Part shown: positions 45,544 through 55,402 of the stretch, in pieces
Numbering within the stretch: the first letter of the stretch is position 1
Layout: each line of letters starts with the position of its first letter
NCBI GenBank assembly: GCA_039199225.1
Contig: JBCCSZ010000001.1
Coordinates: forward strand, 7,523 to 71,522
Reading direction: 5' to 3'
From: Bacteroidota bacterium
Lineage (GTDB): Bacteria > Bacteroidota > Bacteroidia > Chitinophagales > Saprospiraceae
Length of the DNA stretch: 64,000 nt
Made by a program: the position numbers and the translations under genes
Notes under the pieces: model-generated
What the model was told of the DNA's origin: nothing
Database searches by the model: none
Seen by the model: the letters and a program-made list of their open reading frames with translations, nothing else

Positions 45544-47682
45544 TCACTTTTCGCCAATAATCTCCAAAAACCGAGCCTCTGTCATAATCTCTACAGTGCC
45601 GAGGGCCTCTGCTTTCTTGAGTTTAGAGCCTGCTTTTTCACCGGCTACCAGGATATTGAGATTCGAACTGACGGCGCTGATGTTTTTAGCACCTGCCGCC
45701 TCAGCCAACTTTTGAGCCTCCTTGCGTCCCATTTGTTGCAACGATCCGGTAAAGAGAATGGTTTTGCCTTTTAATGGAGCATCTTCGGCGACCTCTAATG
45801 GCTTGTCTGCTTCCGTTTGTTGAAGGTTTACACCAAGCGTTTCCAGTTCGCTCAACATCTCGATGTTTTTGGCTTCGGCAAAATAGGCCATGACGTTTTT
45901 AGCAACAATGGGACCTACATCTTTGATCTCGGTAAATTTTTCTTCTGTCCAATCTCGAAGCTCCAACACGTGGTCGATTTCCGCAGCCAGCAATTTGGAA
46001 GCCTTTTTACCCAGGTGGTGAATGCTCAGGCTGTGCAGCAATCGAGCAATTGGATTTTGTTTGGCCTTATTGATGGCCTTTTCCAGGTTTCCAGCTGATT
46101 TCTTGCCAAAACCTTCCAGCCTGGAGATCCAGTCGTAATCCAGCCGATAGATGTCCGGGAGTGTTTTTAGGATGCCCAATTCGTAAAAACGTTCGACAAT
46201 AGACTTCCCAAAGCCATCGATGTCCATGGCTGATTTGGAAACGTGGAAAATCATTCGTTGTAGGCTCTGGGCATTACAAGTACAACTGGGACAACGCCAG
46301 GCAGCTTCGTTTTCCTGCCTGACCAGTAATATTTCCTCCTCCTGATTGATGGGGCAGTACTTTGGGAATTCGATTGGTGCCTCACTGCCATCCCGCAGCT
46401 CCTCCATTGGCTTGACGATGTAGGGAATGACATCTCCTGCCCGCTCAACCAGCACCGTATCGCCAGTGCGAATGTCTTTGCTGGTAATAAAATCTTCATT
46501 GTGCAATGAAACGGAGGATACCGTCACACCGGCAAGTTGAACCGGCTCGAGCTTTGCAACAGGGGTGATGGAACCTATTTTTCCCACCTGATATTCCACA
46601 CTTAGCAACTTTGTCGTGGCCTGCTTGGCTTTAAACTTAAAGGCAATGGCCCATCGCGGATGGTGGCTGGTATATCCACATTTTTCCTGTAGCTCACGGC
46701 TGTTCACCTTGACAACCATGCCATCGATTTCGTAGGGATAGCTTTCGCGCTTTTCCTGCCACTTCATGCAAAAGTCGATGACTTCTGCGATATTCTTACA
46801 AACCTTGCGTTCTTCTCTTGGAATTTTGAAACCGAGCTGTCCCAGCAGTTCGATGCCTTCATCATGGGTTTCGATGGTAGCGAGTTGATCTTTTCCATCT
46901 TGTGTGACCGCATAGCCCAATTGGTAAATGAAAGCCTCCAATCCGCGTTTTGCGACTTCTTTGGGGTCTTTCATGCGCAGGCCGCCCGTTGCTGCATTTC
47001 GGGGATTGGCAAATAGGCTTAAACCCTCCTTTGCTCTTTTTTGGTTGATGTAATCGAAATTGTCTTTCCGGATAATGGCTTCGCCCCTCAATTCGACTTT
47101 GTGGAAGCCACTGGCTGAGAAACCGGCAGTCAGGGGGATGGATCGTATGGCCCGCGCATTCTTTGTCATTTCCTCTCCCAAAACGCCATTGCCTCTGGTA
47201 GCTGCCCGGCTGAGTTGATCGGCTTCGTATACCAACGCAATGCTACCACCATCGTATTTGGGCTCGACACAGTACTCGATGTTAACCTCCGCTTCCGTGT
47301 TTGTCAACTTTTTGATTTGCTCGTCGAAGTCCTTCAAATCCTCTGCATTGTAGGAATTGTCTAGAGACAGCATAGGAGTGAGATGCTCGACGGAAGGGAA
47401 GTCACTCGTGAGATCGTTGGAGACCCTTTGCGTGGGAGAATCGGACGTCAATAGCTTTGGGAACAATTTTTCCAATGCTTCGAGTCGCTTGTAGAGGCTG
47501 TCGTACTCAAAATCGCTTAAAACAGGATTGTTCAATACGTAGTAGCGCCATTCGTGGTAATTGATGATGCGATGCAATTCAGCAACTTCTGCGCTTGCCT
47601 GCAGTGGGTTGGTTGTTGCCTCTTCTTTGAGCAAGGCTTTGGATCGGTCGAATATTTGGCGTTGTTCAGCAGTATTGTACAT
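45544..47682 (-). CDS. ligA: NAD-dependent DNA ligase
   Basis: 712 aa with the adenylation motif CVEPKYDGGS, a zinc finger (CPSCTC), HhH repeats and a C-terminal BRCT domain. Confidence 0.95.
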   Translation of the reverse strand: MYNTAEQRQIFDRSKALLKEEATTNPLQASAEVAELHRIINYHEWRYYVLNNPVLSDFEYDSLYKRLEALEKLFPKLLTSDSPTQRVSNDLTSDFPSVEHLTPMLSLDNSYNAEDLKDFDEQIKKLTNTEAEVNIEYCVEPKYDGGSIALVYEADQLSRAATRGNGVLGEEMTKNARAIRSIPLTAGFSASGFHKVELRGEAIIRKDNFDYINQKRAKEGLSLFANPRNAATGGLRMKDPKEVAKRGLEAFIYQLGYAVTQDGKDQLATIETHDEGIELLGQLGFKIPREERKVCKNIAEVIDFCMKWQEKRESYPYEIDGMVVKVNSRELQEKCGYTSHHPRWAIAFKFKAKQATTKLLSVEYQVGKIGSITPVAKLEPVQLAGVTVSSVSLHNEDFITSKDIRTGDTVLVERAGDVIPYIVKPMEELRDGSEAPIEFPKYCPINQEEEILLVRQENEAAWRCPSCTCNAQSLQRMIFHVSKSAMDIDGFGKSIVERFYELGILKTLPDIYRLDYDWISRLEGFGKKSAGNLEKAINKAKQNPIARLLHSLSIHHLGKKASKLLAAEIDHVLELRDWTEEKFTEIKDVGPIVAKNVMAYFAEAKNIEMLSELETLGVNLQQTEADKPLEVAEDAPLKGKTILFTGSLQQMGRKEAQKLAEAAGAKNISAVSSNLNILVAGEKAGSKLKKAEALGTVEIMTEARFLEIIGEK

Positions 47683-47738
47683 GAATGAGTGCTTATCAAA
47701 GGGTCAGGACTTGTTTTAGCAAAGGCAAATATAAACAA

Positions 47739-47769
47739 TCCCGAACTTTGCCGTGTAGAAAGTTCGGGA
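47739..47769 (-). terminator. intrinsic terminator after the T9SS cargo gene
   Basis: An 11-bp stem TCCCGAACTTT/AAAGTTCGGGA. On the minus strand it is followed by TTGTTTATATTT. Confidence 0.55.
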
Positions 47770-47816
47770 CTGAACAGAAGCCGTTTGAGGCCGTCTGGAG
47801 TTGGTGAAATTTACTG

Positions 47817-48674
47817 TTAAAGCTTCAACAGCTTTCGCGTTGCTATTTCTTTGCCATCGGTTAATTGGAGGTAGTAAATGCCGGAAGGCAATGTTTGTAC
47901 GTTGACTGTGTGTCGGAATTGGCCTGCAGGAACCAGTAGGCTTTCATCTTTCAGCAGCTTCCCCTGTACGTCGGTTAATCGAAGCTGAAAGCGCTCGGAT
48001 GTTGAGCTGTTGGTTGACAAGGTCGTGAAATCTACTGCAGGGTTGGGAAACACTTTCATGCCCAGCTCGTCGGCCAATTCATTGGTGCTGACGACATCTG
48101 TTTCTGCAATGGTCAGAGTGTTACAAGCCGCATTATCGCCACCGGTGCTGCCATTGCCATTGACCCCATTGCCACAAGCATAAAAAGTAACGGTACCAGA
48201 ACCAGTTGGGGGGGCTGTCCACTTCATCGTAAATTCATTGGAACTACCAACACCATTGTGTTCAACATAGGTACGGCCATTGGAAGCTGTCGCCATTTGT
48301 ACGTTACTCCCCAAGTCAGACCAGTTTGGAACATCGGGGGCATTGGCATTTAGCTCGCCATTGAGGCAAACCATCTGAAAACCAAAACCTGCTGGTGTAC
48401 CCTGAGCGACGTTGATGGTCACTTTGACATCGTACACTTGTCCTGCCATGTAAGTGGGGTCAGGAGGATTGCCTTGATCATCCGTGACTTCTATGTCTAA
48501 GGTCACTTGGATGGCCGAACTGTTGCCGTGGCAAGTAATACAAGTTGCACCGGCGTCACCCGGAGCGGTGGTGTTGCCGCTGTTGGCAGCAGTAGCTCTT
48601 CCACCAGAATTACTGGAGATCGCAAAGGCGAGGATTGAAAGACCAAATAATGTGTAGAGGAATTTAAATTTCAT
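47817..48674 (-). CDS. T9SS C-terminal-sorting-domain secreted protein with a single CxxCH motif
   Basis: 285 aa with a signal peptide. It has GATCITCHGNSS near the N-terminus and a T9SS-type C-terminal domain (VFPNPA...GIYYLQL...KLLK). Confidence 0.7.
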   Translation of the reverse strand: MKFKFLYTLFGLSILAFAISSNSGGRATAANSGNTTAPGDAGATCITCHGNSSAIQVTLDIEVTDDQGNPPDPTYMAGQVYDVKVTINVAQGTPAGFGFQMVCLNGELNANAPDVPNWSDLGSNVQMATASNGRTYVEHNGVGSSNEFTMKWTAPPTGSGTVTFYACGNGVNGNGSTGGDNAACNTLTIAETDVVSTNELADELGMKVFPNPAVDFTTLSTNSSTSERFQLRLTDVQGKLLKDESLLVPAGQFRHTVNVQTLPSGIYYLQLTDGKEIATRKLLKL

Positions 48675-48892
48675 AGGTTTTTTGTTTAACGTTAAATGAT
48701 TATAAAAGATGATAATTTTCTTATGCTGTTGGGCGGGGAGCCCTACGTATTACACAATTTAGGATAAGTAAGTGATTGAACAACTGTATTTTACTTGTAT
48801 TTAACTTTTAAAGTTGCAAACTGTCATCCAATGAACGTTTGTAAGGGAAAGAGGAAGCCTTTGTGCAGTTTGTGTTGAGTGTAAGGCAAGCC

Positions 48893-49456
48893 TCAATTGG
48901 AAGATGTGGCTTTGTAGCCCCAACTGTAGGCTGGAATTTTACCAACGACCCCTTTGAAGTATTCCCTGATGTGGGCGAAGTCTGCCTCTTTATCATCTGT
49001 CGGATAATATGGATCGCTGACTTTAAATTGTCGCTTGCCGTAGTCAAAACTAATCATAACGATGGGGCAACCGGCACCTTTGGCGATGTAATAAAAACCC
49101 GTTTTGAGCTTTCCAACATTGCTGCGCGTACCCTCCGGAGCGATGCAGATGGCAAATTCATCTCTTTGATTGTACACATCTACCACAGCATCGACAAAGT
49201 TGTTGTTCTTGGAACGGTCAACTGGAACGCCACCTGTCCAACGAAAAAAACCACCTATGGGCCATTGGAACAAAGAGTCTTTTGCAATGTACTGGATATT
49301 CCTTTTTAAGGCTTTACGGATGAGTATTCCATAGGGAAAATCCCAGTTGGAGGTATGTGGTATGGCGATGAGTACGAATTTTTTGACGTCCGGCCAATCG
49401 CCAATCAACTTCCAACCGAGCAACTTCAGAATTAGGGCGCTGATCTTGCTCAACAT
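48893..49456 (-). CDS. lysophospholipid acyltransferase (PlsC-like) family protein
   Basis: 187 aa with the HxxxxD motif (PHTSNWD) and APEGTR. Confidence 0.75.
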   Translation of the reverse strand: MLSKISALILKLLGWKLIGDWPDVKKFVLIAIPHTSNWDFPYGILIRKALKRNIQYIAKDSLFQWPIGGFFRWTGGVPVDRSKNNNFVDAVVDVYNQRDEFAICIAPEGTRSNVGKLKTGFYYIAKGAGCPIVMISFDYGKRQFKVSDPYYPTDDKEADFAHIREYFKGVVGKIPAYSWGYKATSSN

Positions 49457-49641
49457 TTTGTATACGAATTTGAGTCAATGCAAAATACTCTTTTTTCGGA
49501 ACATATCAGGATCAATCGCGATCTGCTTGGCATACAAATTGGATTAGTTTAGCATATGTACCGATAGGAGGCCATCATTCCTCGTAACTTAGGTTAAGCA
49601 ATTCTTATTGTCAGCAGAAAATATTATTTTGTGCGACTTCA

Positions 49642-52098
49642 TTGTTAAGAGAAAACGACAACTTGTACACAAAAATACCCATATTACCCCTTCTCGTTCT
49701 ATTGCTCCTCAACTTTATTGATGCCAATGCCCAGTCGGGACAGAGCAATCTACTGAAGGTCCAAGACAAGAATAAACCCATTCGACCCATTCTGGAGTTC
49801 TTCCCCGAAGGCGGATTTTACGACGAGGCGCTAGAGGTCGAGTTGTTTGCACCTGGTTGCGACATTTATTACACGACAGACGGCAGTAAGCCTGGCCGGA
49901 CCAAAACGAAGTATCGCAAACCGATAAAGGTCCGCAAGACCCTTGTCATTCGAGCCGTTGCTTATCGCGGCAAAATCAAAAGTAAGTTGGGTGGCTTCAC
50001 TTATTTTATAGACGAACCAGAAAGTACCTTTCCGATTGTTTCTTTGGGCGTAAACCCAGAGACGCTTTTCGACCCAGAGAGAGGTTTGTATATGAAAGGG
50101 CCAAATGCAGTTGACTCCCTCTGGACAAAGGACGGCGCCAATTTTTGGAGTCGAAAAGAGGTGCGTATTCACACTGAGATTTACGAAAATGGGAATGATC
50201 GAGTGTTCAGCAGTGGTACGGGCTTGCGTTTGTTTGGTGGGATCAGTCGGCTATTTCCTCAAAAGTCGATGACCATTGTAGCCCGGGACCGCTATGGCAA
50301 AAAGCGTATTCGCCATCCGGTATTTGGGGAAGATGGACTGAAGAAGTTTAAATTTTTGGTTTTCCGTAATTCGGGGAGTGATTGGGGGAAATCTCACTTT
50401 CGCGATGGTCTGATGACCAGCTTGGTGGAAGACTGGGACATTGAAAAACAAGATTTTCGCCCTTCTCAGCTTTACATCAATGGTAAGTACTGGGGGATTT
50501 ACAACATCCGGGAAAAAGTCAACCGCTACTTTATCGAAGGGCATCAGGACATCGACAACGACAGCATTGACCTGATCGAGCATCGCATGACGCTCAAGCG
50601 AGGCAGCCGAGGGCATTATGTAAAGATGTTGCGCTATATCAAAAAGCACTCAATGCGCAATCCGGCGCATTACCAATACATCTGTAGTCAAATGGAGGTG
50701 GAGAATTTCATGGACCATCAGATTGCACAGATTTATTTCGATAACCAGGATGCAGGTGGCAACATTAAGTTTTGGCGGCCTCAAAAGCCCAACGGGCGCT
50801 GGCGCTGGATTCTATACGATACTGATTTTGGTTTTGGCCTACACAATCCGACTGCTTACACGAATAACAGCTTGGCCTTTCACACAAAGCCAGACGGTCC
50901 CGATTGGCCCAACCCCCCTTGGAGTACTTTTCTGCTTCGCAACCTTCTGGGGAATTCGGAATTCCAACGCATGTTTGTCAATCGCTTTGCCGACCGAATC
51001 AATACGAGTTTTGCGCCGGAAAATGTAATGCAGAAAATCGATGCACATTATGAAAAACTATTGCCTGAGATACCGAGGCACCTCAAGCGATGGCGTCTCA
51101 AGAAGAAGCGTTGGGAGAAGCATGTCAACATCCTGCGGAAGTTTGCCCGCCTCCGTCCCGATCACATGCGTATGCACTTGATGGAACGCTTCAAAACGGG
51201 CGATGCCGTTGAGTTGAGTATGATTTGTACCAATGGTGGCAAAATCCTCTTGAACAACAACCTCCAGGTGGAGGGTGGTACGGTGTTTCGCGGTAAGTAC
51301 TTCGAAAACTATCCAATACATTTGAAGGCGCAGCCGCAATTCGGCTACCGCTTTTCTCATTGGGAGGGCCTTCCATTTGAAGAAGCGCCCAGAGACTTAT
51401 CGGTCAAGTTGGAAAAGGACAAGCCCCTTAAGCTTAAGGCTGTTTTTGAGCGGTACATCCATCCATTGGCCGAGAAGCTCATCATTAACGAGGTCAGCGC
51501 GAATAATAAAAAATCGGGTGATTGGATCGAATTGTACAATTCTACCAAAGAGACGATTAGCCTAAACAATTGGGTTTTTACCGATGGGAAAAATGAATTT
51601 CGAATACCAGATGTGTCCATCACTGGAAAGTCCTACTTGGTGTTGTGCGAGGACAGCACCTCTTTTTACCAACAACATCCTGAGTGGATCAAAGTAGCTG
51701 GGAATTTTACTTTCGGCCTAAACAAACGTCGCGAAAGCCTGGGACTGTACACTGACAAGGGAGCCTCGGTAGACAGCACCTCCTACGTGCTGGCACCTAT
51801 GGATTCTACTTTCGTTTGGAGCCACTTATTGCCGCATTTGGACAATGGCGATCGCGAAAACTGGGAAGTTCGCCTGGGCATCGGAACGCCTGGTGGTCCC
51901 AATCCCTATTATTTGGAAAGCCACATCAAGGCAGAGCAGGAAATGTGGGTGCGCATTGGCGTAAGCATCGGTGTACTGCTGTGCTGTTTTTTGGTCTTCC
52001 AACTGAAGAAAAGGCGACAGCCGACCATCATTGTAACCAGGCAAAAAGAGCCACAAAGTCCGAAGCCTCCTCCTAAAAATCCACCGACTTTTCAGTAG
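49642..52098 (+). CDS. CotH-family protein with an N-terminal chitobiase/Fn3-associated motif, a lamin-tail domain and a C-terminal TM anchor
   Basis: 818 aa with a TTG start. It has DIYYTTDGSKP, a CotH core (FRNSGSDW...YINGKYWGIYNIREK...ILYDTDFGFG), an LTD (LIINEVSANN...WIELYN), and a TM helix VSIGVLLCCFLVF followed by a KKRRQ Pro-rich tail. Confidence 0.8.
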   Translation: MLRENDNLYTKIPILPLLVLLLLNFIDANAQSGQSNLLKVQDKNKPIRPILEFFPEGGFYDEALEVELFAPGCDIYYTTDGSKPGRTKTKYRKPIKVRKTLVIRAVAYRGKIKSKLGGFTYFIDEPESTFPIVSLGVNPETLFDPERGLYMKGPNAVDSLWTKDGANFWSRKEVRIHTEIYENGNDRVFSSGTGLRLFGGISRLFPQKSMTIVARDRYGKKRIRHPVFGEDGLKKFKFLVFRNSGSDWGKSHFRDGLMTSLVEDWDIEKQDFRPSQLYINGKYWGIYNIREKVNRYFIEGHQDIDNDSIDLIEHRMTLKRGSRGHYVKMLRYIKKHSMRNPAHYQYICSQMEVENFMDHQIAQIYFDNQDAGGNIKFWRPQKPNGRWRWILYDTDFGFGLHNPTAYTNNSLAFHTKPDGPDWPNPPWSTFLLRNLLGNSEFQRMFVNRFADRINTSFAPENVMQKIDAHYEKLLPEIPRHLKRWRLKKKRWEKHVNILRKFARLRPDHMRMHLMERFKTGDAVELSMICTNGGKILLNNNLQVEGGTVFRGKYFENYPIHLKAQPQFGYRFSHWEGLPFEEAPRDLSVKLEKDKPLKLKAVFERYIHPLAEKLIINEVSANNKKSGDWIELYNSTKETISLNNWVFTDGKNEFRIPDVSITGKSYLVLCEDSTSFYQQHPEWIKVAGNFTFGLNKRRESLGLYTDKGASVDSTSYVLAPMDSTFVWSHLLPHLDNGDRENWEVRLGIGTPGGPNPYYLESHIKAEQEMWVRIGVSIGVLLCCFLVFQLKKRRQPTIIVTRQKEPQSPKPPPKNPPTFQ

Positions 52099-52187
52099 TT
52101 TATGATAACATTATTTCGTCCGCTTCTGTTAATCTGACAAAGGTTGGCCCAAAGGCTTACTTCAAATCAAACACTAAAAACAAAAGA

Positions 52188-52745
52188 ATGCGTACGCTAT
52201 TATTAGGACTGCTCGTTTGCTGCCTCATTGGATGCTCAGGTGGTGAGGTAGAACAGCAAAGAAAAGATTCAGATACTGCTGAATACCAACTATTGGTGAA
52301 AGAAATCAAGGAGTTGGAAGATTCTCTGAAAAGCTCAGAGCAAGCAATTAACAAAATGGCTGCAGTAGAATTTATTGCAAAAAGTGAAGCTTTCGCTTCT
52401 GGGTTTTCAAAAGACCCGCAGGCAGCTTTTATGTTGTTTCGGGCCGCTGATGTGGCGCGAGGCATTGGGGTGTATGATCTGGCCATTCAGCATTGGCAAA
52501 CAGTCTACGACAATTACCCTGAATACGAATTTTGGGAAGAGGCCCTATTTATGATGGGGTATACTTACGAAAACAATATCGGCGATAAGGCCAAGGCTAA
52601 AGAAAAGTACGAAGCCTTTTTGGAAAAACATCCAACTCATAAGCGTGCTACGGATGTCAAACAGATATTAGCCGTCATTGATAAGTCGCCGGAAGACTTG
52701 GTTCGTGAGTTCCAAAAGAAACAAAAGGAGGAACAGCAAAATTGA
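52188..52745 (+). CDS. TPR-like lipoprotein (hypothetical)
   Basis: 185 aa with the lipobox LLVCCLIGCSG and a YbgF/TPR-like helical repeat. Confidence 0.55.
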   Translation: MRTLLLGLLVCCLIGCSGGEVEQQRKDSDTAEYQLLVKEIKELEDSLKSSEQAINKMAAVEFIAKSEAFASGFSKDPQAAFMLFRAADVARGIGVYDLAIQHWQTVYDNYPEYEFWEEALFMMGYTYENNIGDKAKAKEKYEAFLEKHPTHKRATDVKQILAVIDKSPEDLVREFQKKQKEEQQN

Positions 52746-52911
52746 CGGTCGAGAAAGGCAGTATTTGAAATGGATGGTGGCTAAATGGTTACAAAACTGT
52801 TAAAGTTAAACGCAAGCTTTGACTTTGGGCTGGCTTCCATGCAAGGTCGCGGGCAAAAAAGTGTTATTCTTTATATCTTACGGAAGTTTTTTGCATAAAA
52901 TAAATTTAATT

Positions 52912-54084
52912 ATGAGAGCGATATTTGCAGCTTTACTCCTTTCGATCTTTTGCCAGTCGATGGCAGTGGCCGGCGGCATTGAATTCTTCCAAGGGAGTTG
53001 GGAGGAAGCACTAGAAAAAGCCCGCAAGGAAGAAAAGCCCGTTTTTGTGGATGCCTATGCTGAATGGTGCGGCCCTTGCAAGCGAATGGCCCGCACTGTA
53101 TTCACCAATGAAGTAGTCGGCGAGTTTTACAACAAATACTTCATTAATTTGAAAATTGACATCGAGAAGGCACCTGGCCAGCAGTTTGCTGCTAAATATC
53201 CAGTAACTGCCTTTCCAACCTTGTACTATATTAATTCAGAGGGTAAGGTGCTCATCAATACCAAAGGGGCCAGAAATGTAGATCAATTCATAGAGCTGGG
53301 TCGCAAAGCCTTGGACAAGGGGGACAACAGTGCCAAATACGCTAAGGCATATGAAGAGGGCAATCGCGAACCTGAACTGATTTACAAGTATGTCAAATCC
53401 CTCAACAAAGCATCAAAATCAAGTCTGAAGGTCGCCAATGAATATCTGATGACTCAGAAGGGTCAGCTGGATACAGAATTCAACCTGAAATTTATCCTGG
53501 AAGCTGCTTCGGAGGCAGATTCTCGCATTTTTAATATGATGATCGAACGGAAGGACCGCATCATCGCTGTGACTTCCAAAGAGAAGGTGTCGGCCCGCAT
53601 TGAAAGAGCTTGTAACCGAACCTTGGAAAAGGCCATTGAATTTGAGACGGAGGATTTATTGACAGAGGCGAAAAATAAGATGAAAGCCAACTATCCGGAG
53701 AAAGCCGGGCGTTTTGCTCTGGAAGCTGATTTGGCCTACTACAAGGCTGTCGGCAATGGCAAAAAATACCTCAAGGCGGTCCAGGGACTTGTTAAGAAAG
53801 AAATCAAAAACGATGCAACCCGACTGAATAAAATGGCAAAGGATATGTTGAAGCACTTTCCAAAAGATGGCAAGGTGATGGCCAATGCAGAAAAAATTGC
53901 TCGTAAAGCCAGTGAAAATGGCGGATTGTCCAGCTACTACTACACTTATGCCAGCATACTATTCAACAACGGTAAAAAATCTGCTGCTTTGGATACGGCC
54001 CGTAAGAGCCTGGAGTTGGCGAAAAACAGAAGGGTGCAAACGGGCGGTATTGAAGAATTAATCCGCAAAATTGAGAATAGCTAA
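52912..54084 (+). CDS. thioredoxin-fold protein with a helical C-terminal extension
   Basis: ATG 52912 (MRAIFAALLLSIF...) gives a signal peptide, followed by VFVDAYAEWCGPCKRM. Confidence 0.75.
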   Translation: MRAIFAALLLSIFCQSMAVAGGIEFFQGSWEEALEKARKEEKPVFVDAYAEWCGPCKRMARTVFTNEVVGEFYNKYFINLKIDIEKAPGQQFAAKYPVTAFPTLYYINSEGKVLINTKGARNVDQFIELGRKALDKGDNSAKYAKAYEEGNREPELIYKYVKSLNKASKSSLKVANEYLMTQKGQLDTEFNLKFILEAASEADSRIFNMMIERKDRIIAVTSKEKVSARIERACNRTLEKAIEFETEDLLTEAKNKMKANYPEKAGRFALEADLAYYKAVGNGKKYLKAVQGLVKKEIKNDATRLNKMAKDMLKHFPKDGKVMANAEKIARKASENGGLSSYYYTYASILFNNGKKSAALDTARKSLELAKNRRVQTGGIEELIRKIENS

Positions 54085-54135
54085 CAGCTGTTGAAAAACG
54101 AGATTTATTAATATAATCCCAACAAATCGATTTCG

Positions 54136-55296
54136 ATGAAAGGAATATGGACGACTTTGTGTCTCCTGCTTTGCTGGAGCGCCGTATCTGCTCAAGGTAT
54201 TCAATTTAAAAAAGGTAAGTGGGGCGAGTTGTTGGAGCTGGCCAAAAAGGAAAATAAATTGATCTTCCTGGATGCCTACACGACTTGGTGTGGCCCTTGC
54301 AAGCAAATGTCCGCCCAGGTATTTACCAAGCCTGCTGTTGGCAAGTATTTCAACGACCGCTTCATCAACGTGAAGCTGGATATGGAAAAAGGAGAAGGTC
54401 CCGAAGTGGCTCGAACGTATCGCGTCATGGTGTATCCAACCTTGTTGTTTGTCGACGGGCAGGGGGAACTTGTCCACCGTTCGGCCGGATTTCACAACGA
54501 GGGGCAACTCATCGAGTTGGGCGACATCGCCATAAACAATGACAAAAGCCTTGGCAGCATGGCGGCTCGCTTTGCCAAAGGTGATCGCTCCGAGGAGTTT
54601 CTGAAAGAATACACTTTGGCCAGTTTCGATGCACAGGATGGTTCCCACACTGCTGTTGCTGAAGCTTACATGGATACCCAAAAGGATTGGGCGACAGAAG
54701 ATAATATGAATTTCATTTATGCCTTTACAGGCGATGCCAATTCCAAGTTATTCGACTACATCCTGGCCAACCAAGGCGCTTTTGAAAAGATGTTTGGTGA
54801 CCGTGAGGTGAAGGGCCGCCTTCAGGAAATCATTTACAACAGTATTTACGACAGTGCCGATAATTCTGCATTGGATCAAATAGATGCTCTGTTCACCAAA
54901 GCCTACGGTCCAAATAAAGGTGGAGAACTCTCTGCGCGCTTTCGCCTGACTTATTATAGACAAGCGGGCGACCGGCAGAAGTACGCCGAGTCGGCAGCAG
55001 CATTGCTCAAAAAATATCCACAACAAAGTCCGGAAGAACTCAATGAAATCGCCTGGACTTTCTATCGCGTTGTCGAGGACAAGAAACTGCTGAAAAAGGC
55101 GGTCAAGTGGACCAAGAAATCCATCAAAGCAGAGAATCGCTACTACAACAACGATACCTTGGCAGCCTTGTACTTCAAGCTCGGCAAAAAGAAAAAAGCC
55201 AAGAAGGCAGCCCTGAATGCCATCCAACTGGCCAAAGAAAATGGAGAGGACTACAGCGAAACAGATAAGATGCTGGAAGAGATTTACAAGATGTAG
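54136..55296 (+). CDS. thioredoxin-fold protein, paralog of the preceding gene
   Basis: 386 aa with IFLDAYTTWCGPCKQM and the same architecture as 52912-54084. Confidence 0.75.
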   Translation: MKGIWTTLCLLLCWSAVSAQGIQFKKGKWGELLELAKKENKLIFLDAYTTWCGPCKQMSAQVFTKPAVGKYFNDRFINVKLDMEKGEGPEVARTYRVMVYPTLLFVDGQGELVHRSAGFHNEGQLIELGDIAINNDKSLGSMAARFAKGDRSEEFLKEYTLASFDAQDGSHTAVAEAYMDTQKDWATEDNMNFIYAFTGDANSKLFDYILANQGAFEKMFGDREVKGRLQEIIYNSIYDSADNSALDQIDALFTKAYGPNKGGELSARFRLTYYRQAGDRQKYAESAAALLKKYPQQSPEELNEIAWTFYRVVEDKKLLKKAVKWTKKSIKAENRYYNNDTLAALYFKLGKKKKAKKAALNAIQLAKENGEDYSETDKMLEEIYKM

Positions 55297-55402
55297 TCTA
55301 AGCCATATGTGATAAATTTCGATTTGTTTTTGGCAAAATCTACCTCACTTTCGATCGAAATACTTGCTAGTTTGAGTTGAGAATGAAAACTCAAACGCCG
55401 CA

